Shown piece by piece: positions 46,117 through 53,541 of a stretch of DNA of 53,551 nt (the stretch's first letter is position 1; each line of letters begins with the position of its first letter). The position numbers and the translations under genes were made by a program. This DNA is from an uncultured Caldilineaceae bacterium (GTDB lineage: Bacteria; Chloroflexota; Anaerolineae; 4572-78; J111), in the NCBI GenBank assembly GCA_964407935.1, contig CAYOXS010000001.1, positions 15,324 through 68,874 on the forward strand, given 5' to 3'. Below the pieces are notes generated by a model that saw nothing but the letters and a program-made list of their open reading frames with translations, had not been told where the DNA came from and did no database searches.

Positions 46117-46150
46117 TAAGTTGACGTAACTGCTCAGAAATGACGTGTGC
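46064..46150 (-). pseudogene. Stranded 5' end (29 codons) of an MFS transporter gene
   Basis: From the ATG at 46150 the minus strand reads MHTSFLSSYVNLVKQNHDFRRLWFSQIISQ. The intact gene reads MRLPLLQSYISLVKHNHDFRRLWFSQIISQ. MFS similarity ends abruptly at 46064. Confidence 0.75.
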
Positions 46151-46281
46151 ATGGGCGGAATTTTTGACAAGTGGCAAGTATATCACACCGCCGGTACTCC
46201 GGCCAACATGGATTGACTCTGATTTGAATTGGGCCATAATAAAACGGTTCTGCAACACTCATACCGAAAGGATTTTTCTCA

Positions 46282-46950
46282 ATGTCCAAATCAGCAGAAG
46301 GCGTCATCAAATTTCAACTCGATTTTGCGCCGGCTCCGGCCCTGCCGGCAGCCGAACTGGCCGAACTCAACGCCTGGCGCAAAATTTTGTTTCAGCTTGA
46401 CCTCATTGGCCAGCAGCCGGACCGCTACGAAGGCTACGGCTTTGGCAACATCAGCCGCCGGCTGCGCGGCGAGCAGTTTGTTATTTCTGGCACGCAAACG
46501 GGCGGCCTGCCCAATCTGTTGGCCGGGCATTACGCCGTGGTGCTGGCCTGTATGCCCCACCTGAACCGGCTAACGGCTCAAGGGCCTATCAGACCCTCCG
46601 CCGAGTCGTTGACTCACGGCGCGGTTTACGCCCTTGACGAAACCGCCAACTGGGTGATGCACGCCCATTCGCCCCACATCTGGCGGCACGCGGCAGCGCT
46701 TAATTTGCCAACCACTCACCCGGAGGTACCTTACGGCTCGGTTGAAATGGCCGCCGAAGTAGAGCGCCTGTTTGCCGAAACGCCGGTTAAAGAGACGCGC
46801 ATTTTTTCAATGGGCGGCCACGAGGACGGCATCGTCACCTTTGGGCCATCGGCGCTGGCGGCCGGGCAGGTAATGATCACGGCGCTGACTCGGGCTTATC
46901 AGTTAGGGATGAAGGATAACCCCCTTGCAGGGGCAGGGGATGAAGGATGA
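46282..46950 (+). CDS. Class II aldolase/adducin N-terminal domain family protein
   Basis: 222 aa with FVISGTQTG, SAESLTHGAVY and WVMHAHSPHIW, which resemble the class II aldolase fold motifs (metal-binding His region). Confidence 0.6.
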   Translation: MSKSAEGVIKFQLDFAPAPALPAAELAELNAWRKILFQLDLIGQQPDRYEGYGFGNISRRLRGEQFVISGTQTGGLPNLLAGHYAVVLACMPHLNRLTAQGPIRPSAESLTHGAVYALDETANWVMHAHSPHIWRHAAALNLPTTHPEVPYGSVEMAAEVERLFAETPVKETRIFSMGGHEDGIVTFGPSALAAGQVMITALTRAYQLGMKDNPLAGAGDEG

Positions 46951-47091
46951 AGGGGCTTAGAGTCGCCATTCATAATTCGTAATTCGCAATTCGCCATTCG
47001 TGTGGTAGAATTTACATAATTCAAGTTTTGCGGTATAATCACCCCTACATACAGTGTCTATCCAGTAAACCGATCCCAGATGTAGTATAAC

Positions 47092-47121
47092 TTGAAATTT
47101 TTGGCTTGATGTGGCAATAAT
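47092..47121 (+). promoter_or_regulatory. Candidate sigma70-type promoter for the 47147 gene
   Basis: TTGAAA (47092-47097), an 18-nt spacer, then AATAAT (47116-47121). GGTGGA precedes the ATG at 47147. Confidence 0.35.
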
Positions 47122-47146
47122 CAGGGCAGTAAAACGGGTGGATTGA

Positions 47147-48244
47147 ATGTCGATAGACCGGCACCTCCAGGAAAAAATATATCGGCTGGAAACGCTCCGC
47201 AAGTATCAGGCGTATTACGGGCCAAACACGCCGCAGCAAATTATCGCTGAGGTCAACCAGTTAGAGGCCGAACTGCGCCGGATGCTCAAGGCCGATGTGA
47301 CGCGGCCCACCAAGGTTGCGCCCCGGTTTTCCGGGCCAAAACCGCGCCAGGCCGCCCGCAAAAAACAGCCGCAGCAGCCGGCCAAAAAGAAAGTAGCGGC
47401 AGCCAAAAGCGCCCAGCCCGGGACCAAACAGACATCCCAGCTAACTACCGATTTGCTGGCGACCGTGGCATTTGTGGGACTGGTGCTGCTGTTCGGCGCA
47501 ATTGTGTTTGTCGCTTATCTGGAGTCCCGCCCCAGCAGCAACGCCGCGCTGGCTCAGGCCAACAACCCGTCGGCCGGCGTGATTTTGCGTCCCACATTTA
47601 CGCCAACGGTTAATCCCAACGCGCCGGGCGGCGCTCAATCCGCCGGCATGGTTGTGGCCGATGACTCGTTGCTGCCGCCGGCTCAGCGGGAACCCACTCC
47701 GCTGCCCACAACGGTGCCTACTCTCACACCCAGCCCGGCCCCGCTGCCCACCGATACCCCAACTCCGCCGCCCACCGATACGCCACCGCCAACGTTGCCG
47801 CCGCCTCCGCCGCCGGCAACGGCAACGCCCGCGCCGCCAACGCCCATCCCTGCACCCACATTTCCGTTTAACATGACCGAACAGGGCAACCGGATGTTCC
47901 AAAGCACCAATTATCATGGCATTACTATTTATGTGGCCATTGTTTCAGAGGGGAACATTCCAATGGGCGGCTACAAAATTGTGGGCGATCAGGTGCCATC
48001 CGGGCAACACGCCGAAAGCGCTCTCAGCACCTGGAACTGGAGTGTGACCAACTGCCTGGATTGCGATTACGTAAAATTTGGCAATGTGAAATTTGAACCG
48101 GGCACTTTTACCGACGGAACCTGGAACATTTACGTGGCCGATGAGTCCGGCAACAAACTGTCGGATGTTGTGCCGCTCTCGTATTCCGCAGACCCGGCGC
48201 AGTGGGTGTGGGATTTTGTTATTTTTCAGCGAAACTCATCGTAA
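47147..48244 (+). CDS. Single-pass membrane protein: cytoplasmic basic/coiled N-terminus, TM helix, Pro/Thr-rich linker, about 130-aa extracytoplasmic C-domain of unknown family
   Basis: The TM helix is LLATVAFVGLVLLFGAIVFVAYL. The linker is PTPLPTTVPTLTPSPAPLPTDTPTPPPTDTPPPTLPPPPPPATATPAPPTPIPAP. The C-domain contains CLDCDY. Confidence 0.75.
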   Translation: MSIDRHLQEKIYRLETLRKYQAYYGPNTPQQIIAEVNQLEAELRRMLKADVTRPTKVAPRFSGPKPRQAARKKQPQQPAKKKVAAAKSAQPGTKQTSQLTTDLLATVAFVGLVLLFGAIVFVAYLESRPSSNAALAQANNPSAGVILRPTFTPTVNPNAPGGAQSAGMVVADDSLLPPAQREPTPLPTTVPTLTPSPAPLPTDTPTPPPTDTPPPTLPPPPPPATATPAPPTPIPAPTFPFNMTEQGNRMFQSTNYHGITIYVAIVSEGNIPMGGYKIVGDQVPSGQHAESALSTWNWSVTNCLDCDYVKFGNVKFEPGTFTDGTWNIYVADESGNKLSDVVPLSYSADPAQWVWDFVIFQRNSS

Positions 48245-48253
48245 TGAGACGAA

Positions 48254-48287
48254 CAAAAAAGCCCCGGCGCGTCCGGGGCTTTTTTTA
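48254..48287. terminator. Bidirectional intrinsic terminator between convergent genes
   Basis: aaaaaa-gccccgg-cgcgt-ccggggc-ttttttt. The GC stem (48260-48267 pairing with 48273-48280) is flanked by an A-run and a T-run. It sits between the stops at 48244 (+) and 48285 (-). Confidence 0.8.
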
Positions 48288-50789
48288 TGGCGTGTCCAAT
48301 ACCTGCCGAACTTTGGCCACGAGTTCGCCGGGCGAAAACGGTTTCTGCAAAAAGACAATTTCGGGATCAAGCACCCCGTAGTGCGAAATGGCGTCGTTGC
48401 TGTAGCCCGACGTAAAAATAACCTTGATATTGGGGTTGATTTCGCTCACCCGGTCGGCCAGTTCTTTGCCGCCCATCTGCGGCATTACAATATCGGTGAG
48501 GAGCAGGTGTATCTCGCCTTCGTGGTTTTTGAACAGCGTGAGCGCCTCTGCGCCGTTGGTCGCTTTGACCACATTATATCCCTGCGCCGTTAAGGTGAGT
48601 GTCACCAGCTCCCGCACCGCCGAGCTGTCTTCCACCAGCAAAACCGTTTCTGTTCCCTTTGAAAGTTTTTCCGCGCCGGCTTCGGCCGGGGCAGCGATGA
48701 CGGCATCGGTGGCGCGGGGCAGGTAAATTTCAAACGTCGAGCCTTCGCCCTCGCGGCTGTAAACCTGAATATCACCGCCGTTTTGCTTGACAATACCGTA
48801 CACGGTGGCCAACCCCAGGCCGGTGCCTTTGCCGTGTTCTTTGGTGGTAAAAAACGGCTCAAAAATTCGGCTTTTGGTGGTTTCGTTCATCCCCACGCCG
48901 GTGTCAATCACCGACAGCACCACGTAATCACCGGGCTGCAACCTGAGCAGATCGGCCGTTTGATTTTTGATTTGCATATTGGTTGTTTCAAGGGTAAGTT
49001 GGCCGCCGGTGGGCATGGCATCACGGGCATTCACGGCTAAATTGACAATAATCTGTTCAACCTGCGACGGGTCCAGTTTGATCGACCACAATTGCGGGTA
49101 CAGCCGGGTTTGCAGGTTGATATCTTCGCCGATAATCCGGCGCAGCATTTTATCGATCTCGGTCACGGTATCGTTCAGGTTGATGACCTGTGGCTCAACA
49201 ATCTGTTTTCGGCTAAAAACGAGCAGTTGCCGAATCAGGTTGGCTGCGCTCTCGCCGGACGCCACAATCCGGCTGGCCATATCCTGAAACGGGCTGTCTT
49301 TGGGCAGCCGAAACTGCATCAGTTCGGCAAAGCCGTTAATCGCCATCAGCAGGTTGTTAAAATCGTGGGCAATGCCGGCGGTTAGCTGGCCGATCGCTTC
49401 CATTTTTTGAGCCTGCCGGTACTGTTTTTCCAGCGCAAGCTCGCGGGTTACATCAACCTGGGTGCTCACGTAGTTAACAATTTTGCCGCTGTCGTCTTTA
49501 ACCGGGGTAATGGTAGTTTTGGTGGTAAGTGGAGAACCATCTTTGGTTTGACCGGTGATGTTACCCTGCCACACCTGCCCCGCCCGAATGGTTGACCAGA
49601 TCGCATCGTAAAACGCGGTGTCATGGGCGCCGCCGGGCAAAATAAAGGGGCGCTTGCCGATAACCTCAACCCGGGCAAAACCGGTAATTTGTTCAAAGGC
49701 GGGGTTGGCGTACAGAATCGTACCCTGGTCATCGGTTACTACAATAATATCGGCAGCCTGATTGATAGCGGTGCTCAGCAGCCGTCGTTCTTCATTGAGC
49801 CAGGCTTTGGCCACTGCTCCGGCCACCTGATCGCTCACGCTCCAGGCCAGGTTCACCTCGCTGCTGGTAAATTGGCGGGGCGAATAAAAATATATTTCCA
49901 AGCTGCCGATAACCTCATCTTCAACAATTAATGGGATCAGCAGCATGGCGGCGAGACCCAGTTTTTCCATCCATTTATTAAAAGCCGTTGTGTATAAATC
50001 TGATTGTGCGTGCGGCAAAACCAGGGGCGCGCGAGTTTGCAGCAGGTATTGGGCAACTACATCGCCCTCAACCGGGGTAACCCGGTTTCTTACCGAAAGT
50101 CTCTCGCCCACCACATACTCGCTCACCACCATCGCGGTGGATTTGTCTTTGCTGAACATGCTGGCGCTAACGCACGGCGCCAAAAAACTTTCGGCCAGTT
50201 CGCGGCAGGCCAATTCCAGAAAAGAGTTAGGATCAAAATTAGCAGCCGATGCCGCAGCGATTCGATCCAGCAGTTCCAGTTTTTTACTGTGCTGTCTTAT
50301 TTTGGCTTCCGCTTTTTTCCATTGGGTGATGTCACGGATAATGCTCAAAATATGAGGCTCATCGCCAAGATCGATAATTTTGGCTGAAATCAGGCCGGCG
50401 CGGATGCTGCCTGCTTTGGTCTCAAATTCAATTTCCATATTTGAGACTATTCCGTGTGTGGTTAATTCTGTTACAAACCTGTCCCGGTAATGGGCATCAA
50501 GCCAGATGTTGAGCTCAACCGTGGTTTGGCCAATTACCTCATCGCGGCTATAGCCGGTGATGGCTTTAAAACTATCGTTAATCTCAATCAACTGGCCATC
50601 GCGCAGGCGGGTAATGGTAATAGCGTCGGGGCTGGTTTTAAAGGCGGTAGCAACCAGCGCCTTGTGGTGGCGCAGGTCATCGATAACCTGCCGGGACTGC
50701 GCCTCGGCCGCCTCGAGCGTGGCGACACGCTGCCGAAGCGTTGAAATCTCTTGAAGAAGCTGAGCTTTGGTTTCGTTCTCGTCTTCCAT
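48285..50789 (-). CDS. Hybrid sensor histidine kinase: PAS, GAF, PAS, HisKA, HATPase, C-terminal receiver
   Basis: The PAS modules show SPDAITITRLRDGQLIEINDSFKAITGY and AADIIVVTDDQGTILYANPAFEQITGF. The H-box is IAHDFNNLLMAINGFAEL and the ATPase region is DTGVGM...GTGLGLATVYGIVKQNGG. The receiver shows VLLVEDS...LLLTDIVMPQMGG...FLQKPF. Confidence 0.9.
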   Translation of the reverse strand: MEDENETKAQLLQEISTLRQRVATLEAAEAQSRQVIDDLRHHKALVATAFKTSPDAITITRLRDGQLIEINDSFKAITGYSRDEVIGQTTVELNIWLDAHYRDRFVTELTTHGIVSNMEIEFETKAGSIRAGLISAKIIDLGDEPHILSIIRDITQWKKAEAKIRQHSKKLELLDRIAAASAANFDPNSFLELACRELAESFLAPCVSASMFSKDKSTAMVVSEYVVGERLSVRNRVTPVEGDVVAQYLLQTRAPLVLPHAQSDLYTTAFNKWMEKLGLAAMLLIPLIVEDEVIGSLEIYFYSPRQFTSSEVNLAWSVSDQVAGAVAKAWLNEERRLLSTAINQAADIIVVTDDQGTILYANPAFEQITGFARVEVIGKRPFILPGGAHDTAFYDAIWSTIRAGQVWQGNITGQTKDGSPLTTKTTITPVKDDSGKIVNYVSTQVDVTRELALEKQYRQAQKMEAIGQLTAGIAHDFNNLLMAINGFAELMQFRLPKDSPFQDMASRIVASGESAANLIRQLLVFSRKQIVEPQVINLNDTVTEIDKMLRRIIGEDINLQTRLYPQLWSIKLDPSQVEQIIVNLAVNARDAMPTGGQLTLETTNMQIKNQTADLLRLQPGDYVVLSVIDTGVGMNETTKSRIFEPFFTTKEHGKGTGLGLATVYGIVKQNGGDIQVYSREGEGSTFEIYLPRATDAVIAAPAEAGAEKLSKGTETVLLVEDSSAVRELVTLTLTAQGYNVVKATNGAEALTLFKNHEGEIHLLLTDIVMPQMGGKELADRVSEINPNIKVIFTSGYSNDAISHYGVLDPEIVFLQKPFSPGELVAKVRQVLDTP

Positions 50790-50884
50790 TTGCCCACGTC
50801 GCTTTTACTGCAATTGATGACCTGTATCCTAGCACGATTGATTCCGGCATGCAAAGCATCCAAAACAGTTTGTGGCAGAAATCT

Positions 50885-50913
50885 TTGACTATCGCGGGTA
50901 ATTGTTGTAAGAT
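50885..50913 (+). promoter_or_regulatory. Candidate strong sigma70-type promoter for tRNA-Leu
   Basis: TTGACT (50885-50890), a 17-nt spacer, then TAAGAT (50908-50913), 15 nt upstream of the tRNA 5' end. Confidence 0.5.
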
Positions 50914-50928
50914 GCTCAAAATTTATTT

Positions 50929-51013
50929 GGGCCGGTGGCGGAATGGCAGACGCAGGGGACTTAAAATCCCCCGAGGCTAATACCTCGTGTGGGTTCGACT
51001 CCCACCCGGCCCA
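50929..51013 (+). tRNA. tRNA-Leu, anticodon UAA (type II with long variable arm); CCA not encoded
   Basis: The acceptor stem GGGCCGG (50929-50935) pairs with CCGGCCC (51006-51012), and the discriminator is A. The anticodon stem-loop is GGGGA-CTTAAAA-TCCCC. The variable arm is CGAGGCTAATACCTCG. The T arm is GTGGG-TTCGACT-CCCAC. Confidence 0.85.
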
Positions 51014-52181
51014 TTGTTAAAACGAAAAAATGGGCTGGCCCACGGCCGCGGTGCAATGTTAACAATTGTGCCGTTGGCGATCTCTACACGCTCAAAGAGC
51101 ATATTGACCAACCCTTTGAGCGTGTTTTTGTCAGCAGTTGGGATACGGCCCAGAATGTTGGACACGCGGTCAACCACCTGGTGTAGCTCGTTGACTCCGC
51201 CTCGTTTTTCAATTGAGATTGTCAGTTCAGCTATTTTAGCCTGTAAGACAGCACGCCGCTTGACGTAGCTGTCTTTTTTTATGTGCCCCTCGATGTAGAT
51301 ATCTTCTAATCTGGCAAGCTGTTCTCTGTTTTCTTTGAGCTCCCCGGCAATACCATCGTTGTTGCTGTCGATTAGTACAGCCTCAACTAACCGGTCCAAT
51401 TCAGCCCGGATTACCGAAATGAAGTCGCTGGCGGCAAACTCTTCCAGGATTTCCAGGATTTCACGTTCAACCGATTCTACCGGCATAGCCCATTTTTCCG
51501 AACAGTCTCCTTTTTGGCGTTGGTGCCGATAACGTTCCCGGCCATGATCCAGATTGCCAACCATCCGTTGACCACACACGCCGCAATAGGCTACATCTGA
51601 CAACAGATAGACTATTGCAGCCTTGCCGGCAGATTTTGAAAAAGACCACGATCTCTGAGCGCGAATATCACCGACTTTATTGCATAACTCCGGCGGTAAA
51701 ATATGCTGGTGATTGCCGGCCAAAGCCGTGGCGTTTTTTTGTTTTGGAGCTTGCCGGTTGGTAGATCACCCCGGTATAACTGCCAGGCGGCAATAATGCG
51801 CCGAATAGATTCGCTGGTAAAATGTTTGGCCTCATCGGCGAGGGTGTAATAGCGCCACCCGACTTCGTTGGCCAGGTCGGCCAGATTGTTGAATCCATAG
51901 TTGCCCGTGGCATACTGGATGTAAATGAAATGCAGAGCGTCAATGTACTGGCGTTCAACTCCGTCAAGGATATATGTTCGTGAGGTTGGAATCAGTACCC
52001 CCTGTTCGTTGCGTTCTACGCCAAATGGTAGTGGTCCCCAATGCCGGCCCAATTTCTCGCGCCGGTATTGAATACCTTCTCGCATTCGTTCGCTGGCCCG
52101 TTTGCACTCGACAAAAGTCGGAACACCACCCTTTCCATTTTTTGACACACCCTCATTTTTAGCCCGTCTGGGCGTGTCAAA
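50977..52181 (-). pseudogene. Large serine recombinase, N-terminally truncated and frameshifted
   Basis: Upstream ORF part: FVECKRASERMREGIQYRREKLGRHWGPLPFGVERNEQGVLIP...IDALHFIYIQYATGNYGFNNLADLANEVGW, which is the end of the resolvase domain plus the recombinase domain. Downstream ORF part: YCGVCGQRM zinc ribbon plus coiled coil. The two frames join if the A7 run (minus strand, 51726-51732) gains one base. No catalytic-Ser N-terminal half is present. The last codons run into the 3' half of the tRNA. Confidence 0.7.
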
Positions 52182-52257
52182 CGTATTCTTGACACACTTT
52201 TGGGCCGGATTTGGCCCGGTCCGGCAAAGATTACACGCGAGAGAGGATGCACACACA

Positions 52258-52743
52258 ATGAACATCAGCGACCTATACAATCTGTGGCTCAAGCCGCACC
52301 ACCTGCCGGCTGAAGGCCAGGAGTTTACCATCGAGTCGGTCAGCGTTCAGGACCTGACTCCCAAACCGAATCAAACGGAGAAAAAGGCGATTCTCAAATT
52401 CAGAAACGAACCCCGCCGGCTCATCCTCAACGACGGCAACGCCAACCGGCTGGTGGACATCGCCGGCCTCGATCCGTCCGCCTGGGCCGGCGTGGTCGTT
52501 AAACTGGTGCCGGAGCCGTACAACCGCACCACCAATACGATTATCATCAAACGGCCCGGCGAAAATGAAGCCGGCGGCAAATCGAAACCGGCTGGCAACG
52601 GCGGCGACTTCAGCAAATTCTGGTCGGCGATTTTTAGCCGCTACCCCAACAAAACCGAGGGGCAGGCAGTGGGCAAACGCCTGCTGGAGCAGGCCGGCGG
52701 TAATGCTGACGCTGCGCTGAAACTATTGGAGGCGTCCGCATGA
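52258..52743 (+). CDS. Hypothetical protein (161 aa) of the integrated element
   Basis: ATG at 52258 preceded by GAGAGGA. The stop overlaps the parA-like start as ATGA. No family was recognised. Confidence 0.55.
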   Translation: MNISDLYNLWLKPHHLPAEGQEFTIESVSVQDLTPKPNQTEKKAILKFRNEPRRLILNDGNANRLVDIAGLDPSAWAGVVVKLVPEPYNRTTNTIIIKRPGENEAGGKSKPAGNGGDFSKFWSAIFSRYPNKTEGQAVGKRLLEQAGGNADAALKLLEASA

Positions 52744-53114
52744 TCATCGTCATCGCCAACCAGAAGGGCGGAGTCGGCAAAACGACCACTTGCGTAACCG
52801 TGGCCACCGGGATGGCCGAGCTGGGTTACCCGACGGTATTGGTGGACGCCGACAGCCAGGGCAACGCCGCGCAGTTTTTGGGCCTGGACCCCCGGCCCGA
52901 AGAGCACGCCGACACCATTGCCAAATGGCAGGCCCGCTTTCCGGGGCTGGTGCTGCCGGCGGTGCGGCGGTTGATCGCTTATGGCAAAGCGCCGGGGGCC
53001 GGTGAGCCGATCTGGGATTACGCGCCCAACGCCGCCGAGGATTACGCCGACGTGATGGCGGCTATCCTGCCGCGGTTGAGCCGGCAGTTGCAGCGCCAGG
53101 CGGTGCGGCCATGA
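52740..53114 (+). CDS. Mini ParA/Soj-like protein (124 aa), apparently an in-frame internal deletion derivative
   Basis: IVIANQKGGVGKTTT (deviant Walker A) and LVDADSQGN are followed directly by a C-terminal-type segment (IAYGKAPGAGEPIWDYAPNAAEDYADVMAAIL). The Walker B and central region expected in 200-260-aa ParA proteins are missing. Confidence 0.65.
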   Translation: MIIVIANQKGGVGKTTTCVTVATGMAELGYPTVLVDADSQGNAAQFLGLDPRPEEHADTIAKWQARFPGLVLPAVRRLIAYGKAPGAGEPIWDYAPNAAEDYADVMAAILPRLSRQLQRQAVRP

Positions 53115-53521
53115 GCCGGCGGGATGCATTTGATGAGGGGACCTCGGGACTGGTCAGCCGGATGGTGAGCCAGGCCCAGGACAAGCTGGCCGAGGAGCAG
53201 CCCCGGGCCGAGGGTAAGAAGCTCGACGGGCGGGGCCGGCCGGGGAACGCGGGGCAGGTGGGGCGGGATGCCAGCGGGAACGCCAAGACGACGATCCGGC
53301 CATCGGCGGAGGGACAGGCCTTGCTGAAACAGTTGGCGATGGAGCAGCACCTGACTCAGGACGACGTGGCCGAGTTGGGGGTGCGGGTGCTGGCGGTGGT
53401 GCTGGCCGCCGGGTTGATCGACGTTCACGCGATGACTTACATCAAATATAACGATAAGCGCCCGTGGCTGTCAACAACCAGAATCGACTGGGCGCGGTTT
53501 CGGCGCGATTTTTTGCCATAG
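53111..53521 (+). CDS. Hypothetical protein (136 aa), possible partition adaptor / DNA-binding partner of the ParA-like gene
   Basis: ATGA overlap with the parA-like gene. It has a charged N-terminal half followed by IRPSAEGQALLKQLAMEQHLTQDDVAELGV (ribbon-helix-helix-like). Position is the main argument. Confidence 0.45.
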   Translation: MSRRDAFDEGTSGLVSRMVSQAQDKLAEEQPRAEGKKLDGRGRPGNAGQVGRDASGNAKTTIRPSAEGQALLKQLAMEQHLTQDDVAELGVRVLAVVLAAGLIDVHAMTYIKYNDKRPWLSTTRIDWARFRRDFLP

Positions 53522-53523
53522 TG

Positions 53524-53541
53524 CCAGCTTGAAAGCTGGCC
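53524..53541. repeat. Hairpin of the same ..GCTTGnAGC.. style as the 40953 and 41892 hairpins
   Basis: gccagctt-ga-aagctggc, immediately after the stop at 53521. Confidence 0.5.

Noticed and set aside
47441-47917. 158-aa Arg/Gly-rich minus-strand ORF
   Set aside because: It is the antisense reading of the Pro/Thr-rich linker of the 47147 gene. The repetitive RRRR/GGGG content is a compositional artefact.
50977-51013. Protein coding across the 3' half of tRNA-Leu (...GPGGSRTHTRY)
   Set aside because: This is most likely read-through of a decayed recombinase frame into the tRNA rather than a genuine dual-coding segment.
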